NCBI GenBank assembly: GCA_963575745.1
Contig: CAUYUJ010000170.1
Span: 62,001 to 126,000 of the forward strand
From: Prorocentrum cordatum
Lineage: Eukaryota
Direction of reading: 5' to 3'
DNA: 64,000 nt
A model generated the notes under the pieces. The model had not been told where the DNA came from. It did not search any database and worked only from the letters and a program-made list of their open reading frames with translations. Made by a program: the position numbers and the translations under genes. Shown piece by piece: positions 22,302 to 36,835 of the stretch. Each line of letters begins with the position of its first letter. The stretch's first letter is position 1.

Positions 22302-25300
22302 TCAGCGCGCTGCCTTACACCAGGCATCCGTGCCCTCCTCGACGCGACCTCCCGCCGTGGAACAGGTGACGTTGAGGGTCCAAGGCTCGGGCGGGTGGCA
22401 GTCCTCGCAGGAGGAGGGACACGGAGCATGAGGAAGAGGGAGGAAGACTAGATGGAGTAGGAGGGAGGGGGAGGGAGGATGGAGAGGGAGCAGGAGGAAG
22501 GGGGAGGGAGCAGGAGGGACGGGGAGGGGAGAGGGAGGGGGAGGAAGGGGAATGGAGGAGGAGACCAGTTCACCCAAGAAGAGACGAGGCGGGCGGCCAC
22601 GAGCATGAGACGAGAAGAGGGCAACGTCAGTCCGAGTCCTCTCCTCAGATGACGGCACTGGGCACGACAGAGGCAAGCTGGCGGATGTGAAAACTTCGCA
22701 AACTCACGGCCCGCACCCTTCCGTGGAAGGGGGGTGGAGGAGGAGGAGGAGGAGGAGGAGGAGGAGGAGGAGGAGGAGGAGGAGGATAGAGGCCTCCTAG
22801 ATGGGGTCGGAGTCGGAGTAGATGGGGTCGGAAGATCGCGCCGCATCGGCGATGCATCGGCGATGCATCGGACATGCACTGGCGACGTCGGCGGTACATC
22901 CGCGACGTCGGCGCGAAGAAAATTGGGCCCCACATCGAGCCGCATCGCCGATGCATCGGCAATGCGGCGCGATCCTCCGACCCCATCTGCTCCGACACCA
23001 TCTAGGCCTGGAGAGGAGGAGGAGGAGGAGGAGGAGGAGGAGAAGGAGGAGGAGTGGGAGGAGGAGTACGCATTGCCATGAGAAAGGGAGGGTCCTGCGT
23101 GAAACGGGTGCTGGACCCACGGGCTTCCCCCTGGAAAGGCATCTCCTCCCGCGCCGCTTTGCTGACGGCCCGTGGGGGCGCTAAACCCCTAGATAAGACC
23201 GCTGGGGTTCATTGAGTATCGGAAGCGGCAAACTGGCACATGCAGAGGGTGGGGAGGAGGAGCAGGAGAAGGGGAGGGACAGGAGGAAGAAAAATGAGAC
23301 CAAATCGAGCAGGTCGAAACCCCATTTGCAGGACCCGGGCGTCGTGGTTTGCCCCGGGGCTGGACCTAAACGTTGTTTCTAGTGTTGCTTGTTGTCGTCA
23401 TGTTTTTCATTTCGCTCTACCTGTTTTCCTGTACCTCCTTCCCAAAACGCAGAACCAGAACAAAACACAGCCGAAGTCCAGCAGAACAGCGTCTAGGTTC
23501 AGCCCTGGTTTGTCCAACCCGTGGGCCCCAGGAAGCCTCGACCCCTTGCGTGGGACCCTGCGCTTCCCCACGAGTCGCTGTACAACAGCCCCAGGGTTCA
23601 ACAGGGGCCCCCGTAGGAGAGGCGACAACGGCCCAAAACCTCCCGCCGTGCCGATGCGTATACACCGGCAGCGAGCGAAGGGGGGAAATGAGAAGGAGAA
23701 GGCCTTCTCAGAAGGCTCGGAGGTCCCCTGTCCTTATGAAAAGTGTTCCAAGCCTTCCCCGAAGACAGAAAACACTTTTCAGAAGACGCGAGGGCTTCCG
23801 AGAAGCCTCGCCGCCTTCTGAGAAGGCCTGCCCCTTCCCCTTCTCATTTCCTTCCCTCGCTCGCCGCCGAATAGAGGAACGAGGAACTGAATAGACACAG
23901 ACTTTCGGAGCTCCGCACGGATGTCCTGGATCGGCGCTGGACTCCCCTCACCGGCGCGCGGAGCGCGCGAGGGGCGGCGCCAGAGGCGCCGCCAGGGGGG
24001 CCCCAGCGCCGAACCAAGAAACCCGCGCGGAATCCCATATGAGTTTGTGCTTATCTTGTTGTTTCTTCGCTCTCTCCATGTGGCGAGAGGACAGCGCGAG
24101 AAGGAGGTGGCGGTCCTTGCAGTGCGCCACGACACACCACCGGTCCTCTCTCCCAGACTCGCTGCCGGACTGGCACCTGCCGTCCGTGAAGGGCAGGTAG
24201 AGCCCAACATCTGTCCTTTTGGTGGTGTCCTCGCGGGAAGACATGATCCGGTAGGGGGGAGCAATTTGTGGACACTCCCACGCTCCCCCAGACCCAAAGT
24301 TGGCACGGGCGGGGAAGACTGCGGTCGAAGTGCAGCTCATCAGACCCGCGGCCAACTTGGAACTTCGGGGGGAGGGGAAGGCGTTGACCGGTAAGTGTGG
24401 CATGTGTGTTGACTCTTTTTTCCCCGAGGCCTGTCCCTACCCAACCTTGCATTGCATCTTCGGGGGACCTCGTCTGTCCCGTCGCGACCCTATCCGCGTC
24501 GAATCCGTGTCGAATCCATGTCGGCCTCGTCGGATCCGTGTCGAATCCGTGTCGAATCCGCGTCGAGTGCCCGCCAGAGCCGCATCGAGGCCGCATCGAG
24601 CCCGCGCCAGGCACAACAAAAAGACACCAATTTTGGGGGACAGGCGGGGCCCCCCGAAGATGCAACGTAACCAACCATGCTCGCGTCGTGAGAAAACCCG
24701 ACGGGAGGCCTCGAGTCGCCTTCGCGTCTTCGGCCTCCGGGGGGGCCGTCGCTGGGCCCCGGGACCGTCGGAGAACTGCCCGGGACGAGAAGCCCGTCCC
24801 AGGGGATGGGTCGGGACCTCCAGGGGCCCGCGCATTGAAAAGAGCAAGACGTGGCAAATCTGGGACATGATCGCCGATTCCAGGTCGATGCATCCCCCCC
24901 TATGCCAGTCCCCCCCTATCGTTGCCCCTCACCCCAGCGTCCCTACTTCTTCCCCACATCTCGGGCTATTCATCCTGAGACGTTGCTTGAGGGCACTTGG
25001 GCCAGGAAGGGTGCCGGGAAAGGGGCCGAAACCGTGGCAAAGGTGGCCGTCGCCACCGTATTGCAGCGCCCAGAAACAATACGATGGCGACGGCCACCTT
25101 TGCTACGGTTTCGGCCCCTTTCCCGGTACCTTTCCTGGCCCAAGTGCCCTCAAGCAACGACTCAGGATGAATAGCCCGCGATGCGGGGAAGAAGTAGGGA
25201 CGCTGGGGAGAGGGGCAACGATAGGGGGGGGACTGGCTTAGGTGGGGATGCATCGACCTGGAAACGGCGATACATCGCCGATAGATAGATCGGCGATGGG

Positions 25301-27763
25301 CCTCCGATGGTGAATCCGCACCTTCCTGGGCAGGCTGGGGCCATCGGGCCCCTGTCGGCGATCAGTGGGCGATTGGGGGTCGATGCATCCCCCCGTCAGG
25401 AGAGCCCAGAATCGAATCGATAAGTCGGATCGGCGATCGACATGCATCGGATCGGCGGAAATCGACAGCCGAGTCGGCAAAAATCGGATCGGCGGAAATC
25501 GGCAGGCTTGCATGCGTCCAGTGGGAAGCTGGAACCCAAATCGAAACCTCGAGTCGAATCGAATCGGATTCGGCATCCATCGAAATCGAATCGAACCGAA
25601 TCGGGGGAATCGGAAGGAGCCCTGCCCCGTGTGCCTACCCCTCCGCAGCGCTGCCCCTGATGGGGGGGGAGCCTGCCGCGGGACCCCAACAAAAACAGGT
25701 CGGGGGGGGGGGGATCGGCGCAGAGCGAGGCTTCCCCGGAGGCGAGGCCTCCGGGACCCAGGGATCGAGGCGGATCCAGGAGATCGAGGCTTCCCAGGAT
25801 CGAGGCTTCCCAGGATCGAGGCTTCCCAGGATCGGGGGTCCAGGGATCCAGGATCCAGGATCGAGGCTTCTCGGGCCTCGCGGGGCCTCCAGAGAGGAGG
25901 GGGGAGGGGACGTCTTCCCAGTGGTGTCCTCATGGAGAACAGGAGCTCCACTGGCGCGCAGCGTCCAGAGCACGATCATCTCTGTGTTAGCGGACGTCTG
26001 GGACAAAGAGCGCATCCGCGAATCCAGAACGGGATCGTTCATGACCTTCTGCATGAAGTCATAGGTGCTGCCCAGGATGCCCTCTAGATGCTTCCGCGGC
26101 AGCGCCATGACCTTGTCGTTGACACCTCCCCAGGATGCACACCTCTTGACGACGACCTTGTCGATGGAGACGAGCAGTTCTGGCACGACCGGGCGCAGGG
26201 CGAGGGTGTTGTCGCGCACCTTCAGCACGGCGGCGTATCGGGCCCCCGTGGAATTCTCGCGGCTCTGGATCATCTCCGCACAGTCCTTTTGGTGTCTCAT
26301 CTGCCCCAGGACGTTGCTGATGTGCTCGGACTGGGAGTTCTGCCCGCGCCTTGTCTTGTAGAACTTGCCCGCGTACAACTTCGGCCACCTCGTCAGATTC
26401 ACCACCTCGTTCTTGTGAGGACCGAATCTGCCATCTCTGAAATACGACAGGGCCCAGGAGCCGATTGGCGAGACCATGCCTCCCCTCTCGTCCTCCGACC
26501 AACCGCCATTGTCGGGGGGCGCGCAAACATGAACTAGCGATCCATGGATGTGGCGCGCTGTCGCCAAATCCGTGGATCGGGGGAGGTGCCCTCCTCAAAA
26601 TGCGGCCAGCGCCGCCTCGCTCGGCGGCGGAAATCCGCGATTCCCCATGGAAACGGGACCCGTCGCTAAACCACGCCCCATTGATCCATGTCTGCGATCG
26701 CCTGACACTGGTAGAGCTGCGGCCCCTCGACAGTGGAGAAAAAACCGTCGCATCGACGACTTCTCTGAGGTCGGGCATGTCCCCCTACAGGCGGATTTTG
26801 GACGACTGATAAACAAGATCCAAAACATGTTCAAACAGATATGCAACAAAAAGAGAAATCGTCCCCATACTATTCTTTGCCTATTTTGGAATGTTCCTCC
26901 TGTAGAGGGGCAGGCCTGACTTACGACTTCTCGAGGGGGGTGCCCAGGCCGAAGTGCCCCACACGGGGGACAGCTCCCCCGGCCGCGGCTGCCATGTCTC
27001 GCTCCGCTCTCCTCCTCCTCGTCCTCCTCCCCCTCCCCCTCCCCCTCCCCCTCCTCCTCCTCCTCCTTCTCCTCCTCCTTCTCCTTCTCCTCCACAATTA
27101 CTCAATATGAATATACTCTCCCTCTTCCCCTGATGGCGTCCGGGTGATAGCCGCGCACCCTCCGCGTACTGTTATTTAACACACAGGATGCCCGGGAAAT
27201 CCCGGGAAACGACTCTCGCCGAGGCGCCGGCGTCATTTGTTCCCAAAATGCTGCTCTCGCGCCGGCGTCATTTTTTCCCAAAATGCTGCTCTCGTTGAGG
27301 CGCCGGCCTCATTTCTGCTCCCGAATCATTCCCCTGATGGCGTCGGGGTGATAGCCGCGCACCCTCCGCGTACTGTTTTTTTACACACAGGATGCCTGGG
27401 AAATCCCGGGAAACGACTTTCGCTGAGGCGCCGGCGTCATTTTTTCCCAAAATGCTGCTCTCGTTGAGGCGCCGGCCTCATTTCTGCTCCCGAATCGTTC
27501 CGAATCGTGCTCCCGCTGCAGCGTGGGCCTCATTTTCGGATCGGTGCTTGGCCTCCGTCGTTCAGGATGGCGTTCTCGCCCCAGCGCGGGCCTTTTTCTC
27601 GCGCGCCCATCCGCCCGCCACCACCGCGCCGCACCGCCACCACCACCACCACCACCACCACCACCACCACCACCACCACCACCACCACCACCACCACCAC
27701 CAGCACCAGCACCAGCCACCACCCACCAGCACCACCACCACCACCACCAGCACCACCACCACC

Positions 27764-27794
<31 letters not shown>

Positions 27795-30343
27795 CACCAC
27801 CACCACCACCACCACCACAACCACGCACACTCGCACGCACGCACGCACGCGCACCACCACCCACTACGCACGCGCGCGCGGAGCCACAGGTCCGCTACGA
27901 CACGCGTCCGCGGATAGAGAAAATCAGCGCCATGGTAAGGGATGGGAGGGAGGGGTAGGACGTCAGATATGACGCGAGCGCACCTAGCTTGTCCCCCTCC
28001 CCCTCCTCCCTCCTCCTCCTCCTCCTCCTCCCCTCCTCCTCCTCCTCCTTCTCCCCTCCTCCTCCTCTCTCCTCCCCTCCTCCTCCTACTCTCCTCGTCC
28101 TCCTCCTCCTCCTCCCCTCCTCCTCCTCCTCCTCCTCCTCCCCCTCCCCCCTCACATCCTCCTCCTCCTCCACCTCCTCCTCCTCTCATCATCATCCTCC
28201 CCCCCTCCTCCTCCTCCTCCTCCTCCTCCTCCTCCTCCTCCTCCTCCTCCTCCTCCTCACTCTCTGGGGAAGGACGAGCACAGACATGCGATACCTTGAA
28301 CTTTTCCATGCGGGGCCCCTGGAAGCCCTCACCCTTTTCCCGAGGCCGCTTTCTCATCCCGAATCGTTTGATGTTGTTGCCGGTCCCGAGACCCGGCGAG
28401 AGCCCCCCCGGAGGCAGGAAACGGTGAAAACCCTCCCGCCGCGTTATTTGTCATTACGCGAGCACGTCTGAAAGGGGGCCACATGCGAACCCTACCCCAT
28501 ACCCCGCACGATTTCTGAGGGGGAAGGTGGGGTTCACTTCGTTCGGGAGCTCCCGAGCGAAGTGAACCCCACCCTCCCCTCAGAAATCGGGGGGGATAGG
28601 GGGTGGGGTTCGCATGTGGGCCCCCTATGTGAGAGAGGAAAGAGGGGGATGGGGGAGCGAGGAGCACGATATACTCTTAGGTTGGGCATGTCCCCCTAGA
28701 GGCGGCTTTGGGCGAGAGAACAAGAATAGCCAACAAAAATGCCAGACAAACAGCCAAACATGATCGAAAGATCGTCCCCCCTATCGTGTTTGAGCTATTC
28801 TTGAACTCTCTTCCTGTAGAGGGACAGGCCCGATTCTTAGACGTGCTCCCCCACCCCCGACGCCACGAGCCTCCGCGGCACAGGGCCCCCGGGGAGCCCG
28901 CGCTCCCGTTCCCGCGGGCAGGCCTCTCGTAGCGGGCCCCCTTTCGTGGTCGCAGCACCAAGCCGTAACAGATCTACCTGGTGCAGATGCTAGGGGGCCA
29001 CGTGCGAACCCTACCCCCACCCCCCCACGATTTTTGAGGGGAGGGTTCGCATGTGGCCCCCTAGATGCACCGATCTCGGCGCCCTCGAGGGTACAGACGT
29101 GCTCTCACGATGCGTATCTTCAATCCTCGCTGCGTGGGGGCCCTGCAGCTGCTCCTACATCTCTAAACCACATGGAGAGACCATCCGCGGGTGTCCTGGG
29201 GGCTGGACGCGGGCACCCTGGGCCGACATTGCAGAAGCAGCGCCCGCCGCAGAAACCCTTCGCGACGCCTGGAGGGATGAAGCACCCCGGTCTCAGCACG
29301 CATATCTTAAGACGCAAGTCTGGCGCGACACACACACACACACAGTCACACACACACACATATCCAGCAAGACGTAGGCCAGCACGCGTTAGACCAACAC
29401 GCAGCGTTGATACGTGTTGCGTTTCAGCATGAGCGTGTCCGGGGGCAACTAAGAAGATGACGTTTCCTGGGCCCCATATGGTGCGAACGCACCCGCCACA
29501 TCTCGCACGCCCCAGCGACTACTGTAGCACTCGCTGTGGGAAGGCTCTGCTGATCGGCTTCCACGCAGCATCAGGTCGCTGTCCTGCCCGGGCAGATGGC
29601 ACACCTGTACAAATCCACGCTGGGCCCGGGGTCGGTGAATGCCTCCGCCTGGTCTGGCCATGAGGGCATGTACACCGATCCGGAGTCCAGTGCTGACAGG
29701 GCCAGGGATCGGTACAGTTGCATCCCTGGCACCTCCCGAAAACAGATCCTGCCCCCTGCTCTACCCTCCTCTTGCTGTCCCTCTCTCGGTCTCTCTGTTT
29801 CCCTCTCCCTCTCCCTCTCCCTCTTCCTGGGAAGGGCACGCAAGGGGAAGGGAAACGCTGATTGGGGCATCGAATATCCGCGTTGTTGTAGATCGGCTGC
29901 CCCGTCTCAAGAGACAGGAAGACGTCCACGTTGACTGACCTCGCAATAGGCTCTACGATATTTTTGAGCTTGCTTCCGATCTCTAATCGCGACATCTCTC
30001 CCACGATACACAATGCCACACCAAGGTCCCGAGTTTCCCTGACAGCATGCTCAGGCCGCGCGTCCGCCTCCCTCCTGAGCCCAAGCAAGTCTTCCTGGCC
30101 GCCAAGCTGGCCGTCATTGATCTCCATTCCGCCCGCCCAGCGCGCCGATGAAGGACGGGTACTGCTGATACCTTCCTCCGGCCTCCACGCCAAGGTCTCG
30201 GCGCGGCCACCGCGGATGAGGACACAGGGTGCCAAGATGAAGACGAAAAACGCCTTTCTGAGGGGCTTACGGTCGGGAGCGTTTGCTGAACGTTTCGCGG
30301 CGGCGGCCCCGGCGACACGCTGTGCCTTGCGAGCGGATAGCAT
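22302..30343 (-). CDS. Multi-exon gene, predicted type II membrane protein (possibly glycosyltransferase-like). Exons about 29879-30343, 25918-26500 (5' end uncertain), 24116-24215 and 22302-22403
   Basis: N-terminal hydrophobic segment (AFFVFILAPCVLI), then LGVALCIVGEMSRLEIGSK...VDVFLSL, RYAAVLKVRDN, SWGGVNDKV, NTEMIV, YLPFTDGRC..WCVVAHCK|DCHPPEPW. The last two junctions join in frame using G|GA donors and AG|G acceptors. Additional small exons between 26500 and 29879 are possible. Confidence 0.75.
24871..25270. repeat. Near-perfect ~400-bp hairpin (foldback) in an intron
   Basis: ~190-bp arms around a 13-nt loop at 25064-25076. Confidence 0.92.
26769..26921. mobile_element. GGTCGGGC-family MITE
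   Basis: TGA-GGTCGGGCATGTCCCCCTACAGG...CCTGTAGAGGGGCAGGCCTGAC-TTA. Confidence 0.8.
27125..27500. repeat. Tandem duplication (~200 bp)
   Basis: TTCCCCTGATGGCGTC.GGGTGATAGCCGCGCACCCTCCGCGTACTG occurs at about 27126 and 27329. Confidence 0.8.
28474..28626. repeat. Foldback element centred on GAGCTC; shorter relative at about 28980-29070
   Basis: GGGGGCCACATGCGAACCC...GGGTTCGCATGTGGGCCCCC. Confidence 0.85.
28680..28836. mobile_element. GGTCGGGC-family MITE
   Basis: TTA-GGTTGGGCATGTCCCCCTAGAGG...CCTGTAGAGGGACAGGCCCGA. Confidence 0.75.
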
Positions 30344-30809
30344 GTCGCTCCGCTCCGCAGGGCGGGAGGCTGGGGAAAACTCGAAATGGTGACGATTGGT
30401 GACCTGAGCGTGGATAGCGTCTCGCGCTCAAGCGCGGTGGGCCAGAACAGGCAAGGGGACACGCTAAGTCAAAGTTCCCGACCGTATGTGCAAAATGAAA
30501 AGTGGGCACTTGTGAGTATTGCTTACCTGAAGCAGACGCCTTGTGGAGTGCTGGCCTGGCGCGCTGGTCAGCGATGCACTTGTCGTTACCAAGTAATTCT
30601 GGCATGTAGAACAATGGTGCCAGTTCAGAGGGGTCGTCAGAACAGGCTGGAGCCAAGGGGCTTTGATTACACATGGCGACGAAACTCCTTACTTCTCCGT
30701 CCCACTCCCCCTTCTCCTCCTCCATCCTCCTTCTGTTCCTCATCATCGTCGTTCCATCTTTCTCCTCCCTGCTCCTCCTTCTCCTCCTACTCATACTCCT
30801 ACTGAGTTG

Positions 30810-31870
<1,061 letters not shown>

Positions 31871-32054
31871 CTGAAAATGGGGATAATAAAAACAATAATA
31901 CAATGTTAGTATGCTCAATCCTCCTGCTTCTCCTCCACCCTCCATCTCCTCCATCGCCTCATCCTCCTACTCCTCCTCCTCGTCATGATCCTCCCAATCC
32001 GCATCCGTCCGTTTCCTCTTCCTCCTCCTCCTATTCCCCCTCCTCCTCCTCTTC

Positions 32055-32055
32055 G

Positions 32056-32100
<45 letters not shown>

Positions 32101-32305
32101 ACATCACCATCATCATCCCAATCACCATCACCATTATCATCTGGATCATCATCAGCATCAGCATCAGCATCAGCATCAGCATTATCAGTATCATCATCAT
32201 TATCATGATCCGCATCCGTACCAGCATCATCATCACCATCATCACAATCACCATCACCATCGCCATCATCATCACCACCACCATCATCATCATCAGCATC
32301 ATCGT
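32055..32305. repeat. (CAT)n microsatellite
   Basis: Direct inspection. Confidence 0.95.
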
Positions 32306-34465
32306 CCTCCTCCTCCTCCTCTTCCTCCTCGTCCTCCTCCGTTATTGTCCTCCTCCTCCTCCTCCTTTTTCTCCTGCGTCCTCCATCCCTTCCCCTTGCA
32401 AATCACTCCTCACTGTCGCACCCCCAGACGTGTCGGTAGGGTGGGCCGGGTTGTTCGCCTGAGACCTCCTCGGCGCTCGTGACCCTGAAGCTCGAAATTT
32501 ACAACAATGTCACGGATTGGGGGCGGATGGTTTTCAAAATGTAGCTCTCGTCTCAGCGCCGCACACATTTGCCTGATAAGTTCGCAGCAGGTTCACGAAT
32601 GGAGGACGAACATGTGACTCTCGTCTTAGCGCCGCGCACCTTGGCCTGAAAAGTTTGCAACAGCTTCACGGACGGAGGGCGGAATTCCTTTTAAGCTGGT
32701 CCTCCACCTTCCTCACCGTCCATCATCATATCCTCTCCTTCTCCCTTGCCGTCCTCATCCATATACTCGAAGTCTAACAGAAGACATAGGAATAATGGTT
32801 TCGGTGGCCGCCCCTTCCGAAGTACGAGTCCCGCCTCTGCAGAGGGGGCGCCGCAGCGGTCGCGCCAACGTCCTGCGCCTCCTCCCTGGGCCCTTCGCAG
32901 AACCCCTCGCGAAGGGGCGGCGCCCCCGCAGACACGGACCCAGACTCTCGCTCGCTTCTGAAAAACGAAGACAAGAAGATCATGGCCTTCCTCCTCCTCC
33001 TCCTCCTCCTCCTCCTCCTCCTCCTTCGCCGCCTCCTCCTCCTCCTCCTTCTCCTCGTTTTCGGCCTCTGGGGTCCTCGCGGGGCCCCAAGGCCTTCAAA
33101 ACAACGGCTCGGGATGACAAGCCGGCTCCGGGCAAAATGGCCGGGGCTTCCGTGGACCCCGCATCGCCAAACCAGACGTCGCAGACCCGGGGAGCCCAAG
33201 ACAAGCCGACAAAGGCCCCAAGCGGGCCCCAGAAGGGCTCCTCTCGGGAAGCGGAAGCGCGAGGAGCCAGGCGCGGCGGCCTTCTGGGCGGTGCTCGAAG
33301 GGTCGCCACGCCACCTGGATATCCCACGTCGTGCTCTGTTTGATGACGCGGAGGCCCCGAGCTCTCGCCCCCGTTCCCAGAGAATGGTGCTCCGTCGCGG
33401 CAGGCGTCCGATGGCCCAATTGGGCCTCGGAAAGCCCAAGGAGGCCCCGAGGCTCAGGCGACAAACGGCGCCAGGGCCTCCGCTCGCGGCGACTGGAGGG
33501 CGGGGGGGCCTCCGCGACCGCGCGATCTCTGCAAGGGTCCCGTCGAACCCCCCCTCTGGACCTCGAGCGCGGGGTGACCCGGCTCAGCGCAAACCTGGCT
33601 CAGCCACCGGGGGCTTACCAAGCCAGGCACAGCTGCGAACCGAACCGACAACCGAGGACCGGGTCTGGAACCGAATCGGCCGAACCGAACCTGCCGGCCA
33701 AACTGGACCGGCCGCGTCGAATCGGCCCGCCGCGCGAACCGAAACCGCCGCACCGAAAAGGCCGAACCGCACCGGCCAACCAGGGGAACCGAACCGGCCG
33801 AACCGAACCGGGCGGCCGTCCACTTCGGGCCTGGCCCCCAGGACCCCTAGGACCCTCAGGACCCTCAGGACCCCCAGACACCCGTGCCCCCAAGATCCCC
33901 AAATCGGTACGGCAGGTTCGTGTCGTGTCGACCCAGACGTTGGTTCCTGACACCGCGGGGATCGTTCAACCTTGAACGATCGGCCGTTCCCGCAACGTCC
34001 AATGGTTCAACATCGACCGTCTCTGGGCCGCCGCCAGCGTGCAACGTTGAACGCCGGCGGCCGAGTCGCCGCCGGTCGACACGACACGAACCTACCGTAG
34101 GATCAGGGGGGCGTAAGACCCGGGTACAGGGGACTCGGAAATCCCCGACGAGGTCGTCAAAAAAATGACGAGGCCGAGCCAACATTTTGACGAGGCCTCC
34201 CGCTGCAAACATCCCACGAAACTCCTACTCGTCAAAATCCGAATCGCGGTCGTCAAAAAACGATGGCGAACCCGAGTCCTGGCAAACCCTGGTCTTACGC
34301 TCCCCCGATAGGATCCCCCAAGACCCTGGTTCCCCCCCCCACCCCTCTCTTGCGAGTGGCCGGCATGTTGCGAGGCGCGGCAAGTCGTCTCTGCCGCCTG
34401 CCTCCCGGGCCTCCTGGCCTTCTCGGGCCGGCCGCTGCCTCTCCTGCCTCTGGAAGCCGAAGGTA

Positions 34466-34643
34466 CTCCAGATTTCGTAATAAAGGGAGGGGGTCTCATT
34501 TCGGGGGGTGTCTCTTCCAGGCTATCTTGGAGGGCCTGGGGGGGTCTGGGGACTATGTTTTGGAGGGTTCTCCCACGGGGGAGGTCTGAAATGGCTTGTC
34601 TTGGAGGGTCCAGACCCCCTCCCTTTTATTACGAAACCTGGAG
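34466..34643. mobile_element. Stowaway-like MITE, copy 2
   Basis: TA-CTCCAGATTTCGTAATAAAGGGAGGGG...CCCCTCCCTTTTATTACGAAACCTGGAG-TA. Confidence 0.9.
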
Positions 34644-34701
34644 TATGCACTCCTCGAGGCCTGAAAAACGGTCGAAGGTGCCTCCCAAGCTTCCAGGTTC
34701 A

Positions 34702-34866
34702 GGTCGGGCATGCCCCCCTGCAGGCGGTTCTTCCACGACAAATCCCCCCCAAAAAACTCCCACAGAAAGTGCACCCCAAGGGTCCAAAAGATTGTAGAAA
34801 AAATCGTCCCCAGACTATGTTTTGACTGCTCTTGAGCGTGCCTCCCGTGGAGGGACAGGCCCGACT
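34702..34866. mobile_element. GGTCGGGC-family MITE
   Basis: TCA-GGTCGGGCATGCCCCCCTGCAGG...GGAGGGACAGGCCCGAC-TGA. Confidence 0.75.
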
Positions 34867-35012
34867 GAATTCCAGGGGCCGACTGCTGCCCCCCAGACCT
34901 CCTGAAGTCGAGACCCGATTTCCTCGAGACCCGAACCGCTGCTGTTCTGCAGCCCCCGGGGGCTCCGGGGGGCCGACGGCTGCCTCGCACGCCTCGGAAG
35001 CCGACGATCAAC

Positions 35013-35178
35013 TTTGAAGAGGCCCACAAACACACAAATAAATACACACAAATAAAATGATTCCCCATATTTTCACATATTTTCTGAGTTTTTGTCTTCC
35101 CCCCCACTTCCCATATTTTCCCATATTTTCCTGGGAGTGGACGATTAATTGTGTCTGTGTGTTTTCTCCCCTCCTGAA
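35013..35178. repeat. Interspersed ~165-bp element; inverted copy at 37456-37618 in intron 2 of the methyltransferase gene
   Basis: CACACAAATAAA...TTCCCATATTTTC...TGTGTCTGTGTGTTTT matches the reverse complement of 37456-37618. Confidence 0.75.
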
Positions 35179-36104
35179 ACTTCTCGAGGCCCGAAGGCAT
35201 TGCTGCAGCTGCCCTCCCGGGCCTCCGGGGTCCGCCGGCTGCCTCCCATAGGCAGGCCTCCGGAAGCCGAAAACCTGCCCGATCGACCGGCTGCTTCTGC
35301 TGTCCAGGAGGCTTCCGAGGGGGCGACTGCTGCCGCCTGGGCCTCCAGAGGCCGAGCATCGTCGAAGGCCAGAAGAGTGTGTCTGCTGCCTCCCAAGACT
35401 CTGGGGGCCGATCGTCGCCTCCCCTCCCAGTCCCCCCCAGCCGCCAAGGATGGCTTCTGCACGTCGAGAAACAGCCCGTCTTGCGATGCGCCTTCTGCAG
35501 ATTCAGGCCTCGAATGTCCACGGAAGGCATTTCGGATTTCACCATTTGCCCTCCACCCGAAGAAAATGCTGGGTAAATTCCGGACGACGGTGCCGGGCGG
35601 CTGCGGCAGGCTCGCAAAATGACGGCGACGGGCGTTGGCCTCTGACACCGCGCGAATCATCACGGGATCCAGCAACCGCGCCCTTCCGAGTGGGATGGAA
35701 GAAAGAAACAAAGGCATAAACAAAAGCTTTTTGGCGTCCCATGCGGATGTCTTGGATCTGCGCTGGAACCCATCTCCCTGGCGCGCGGAGCGCGCCAGGG
35801 GCGGCGCCGGAGGCGCCGCCGGGAGGGCCCAGCGCGGATCCAAGAAATCCGCGCGGAGCGCCAAAAGTTTATGTTTACACTCAAAGAAATCTTCCAGTAA
35901 GAAATGGAGATCCAGCTTCGCTGAATTTCTTAGCCCTCTTGCGAGAGCCAGTTTTGAAGCGAAGCGTGCAGTTTCTTACGCAGCGCGGCGCCAGTGTTGG
36001 TGGTTTTGATAAAGATTGCGCCGGTGATGATGCCGATTGCGGGGCCTGGGGCTCTGCAGCAACGTCTGAAGCACAACATGCAGGAGCATGTGGAGAAAAA
36101 TGTG

Positions 36105-36835
36105 GTGGGGGATCTGGACGAAGACCGGCGGGAAATTCGAAGGAAGATCTGGAGAAAGATCTGGGGAAGATCTACGGTAGAGAAGAGATCTCGAGGAAGA
36201 CCCCGGTGAAGATCTGGGTGAAGATCTGGACGACGATTTGGAGGAAACCTCGGGGAAGATCTGGAGGAAGATCTGGAGAAACATCTGGTGGAAGATCTGG
36301 GGGAGATCTAGAGGGGAGATCAGAGGAAGACCCAGGTGAAGGGTGAAGATATGGGTGAAGATCTCGGGGAAGATCTGGGTGAAGATCTATGGTAATATCC
36401 GGAGGAAGATCTGGAGAAATATCTGGAGGAGGATCTAAAGGAGAGATCTCGGGGAAGATCTGGGTGGATATCTGGGGGGGGATCTGAAAAAGACTTTGAA
36501 TACCTTATGGTGAAATATTGGAAAAAACCATCAGAGGGAAGATCTGGAGGAGAGATCTCGGGGAAGATCTGGGTGAAGGTCTGGGGGAAGATCGGAGGAA
36601 GATCTGGAGGAAGATCTGGAGGAGAGATCTCGACGAAGATATGGGTAAAGATCTGGGGCAAAATCTGCAATAATGTATGAAGGAAGAACCGTGGGACATC
36701 TGGAGGAAGATATCGGAAAATAGATTGAAGGAATCTCTGGAGCAGGATTGGGCGGGACATCTGGAAGCAGCTCTGCGGAGAGATGTGGACAATGATCTGG
36801 AAGAATATCTGGAAACCCAGAGGATGATCTGGGGG
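36105..36835. repeat. Degenerate ~12-bp satellite (GAAGATCTGGAG)n
   Basis: Repeated AGATCT cores. Confidence 0.85.

Noticed and set aside
27890..27934. Plus-strand mini-exon (CAG|GTCCGC...GCCATG|GTAAGG)
   Set aside because: Good-looking splice sites, but isolated, antisense to the host gene and with no partner exons.
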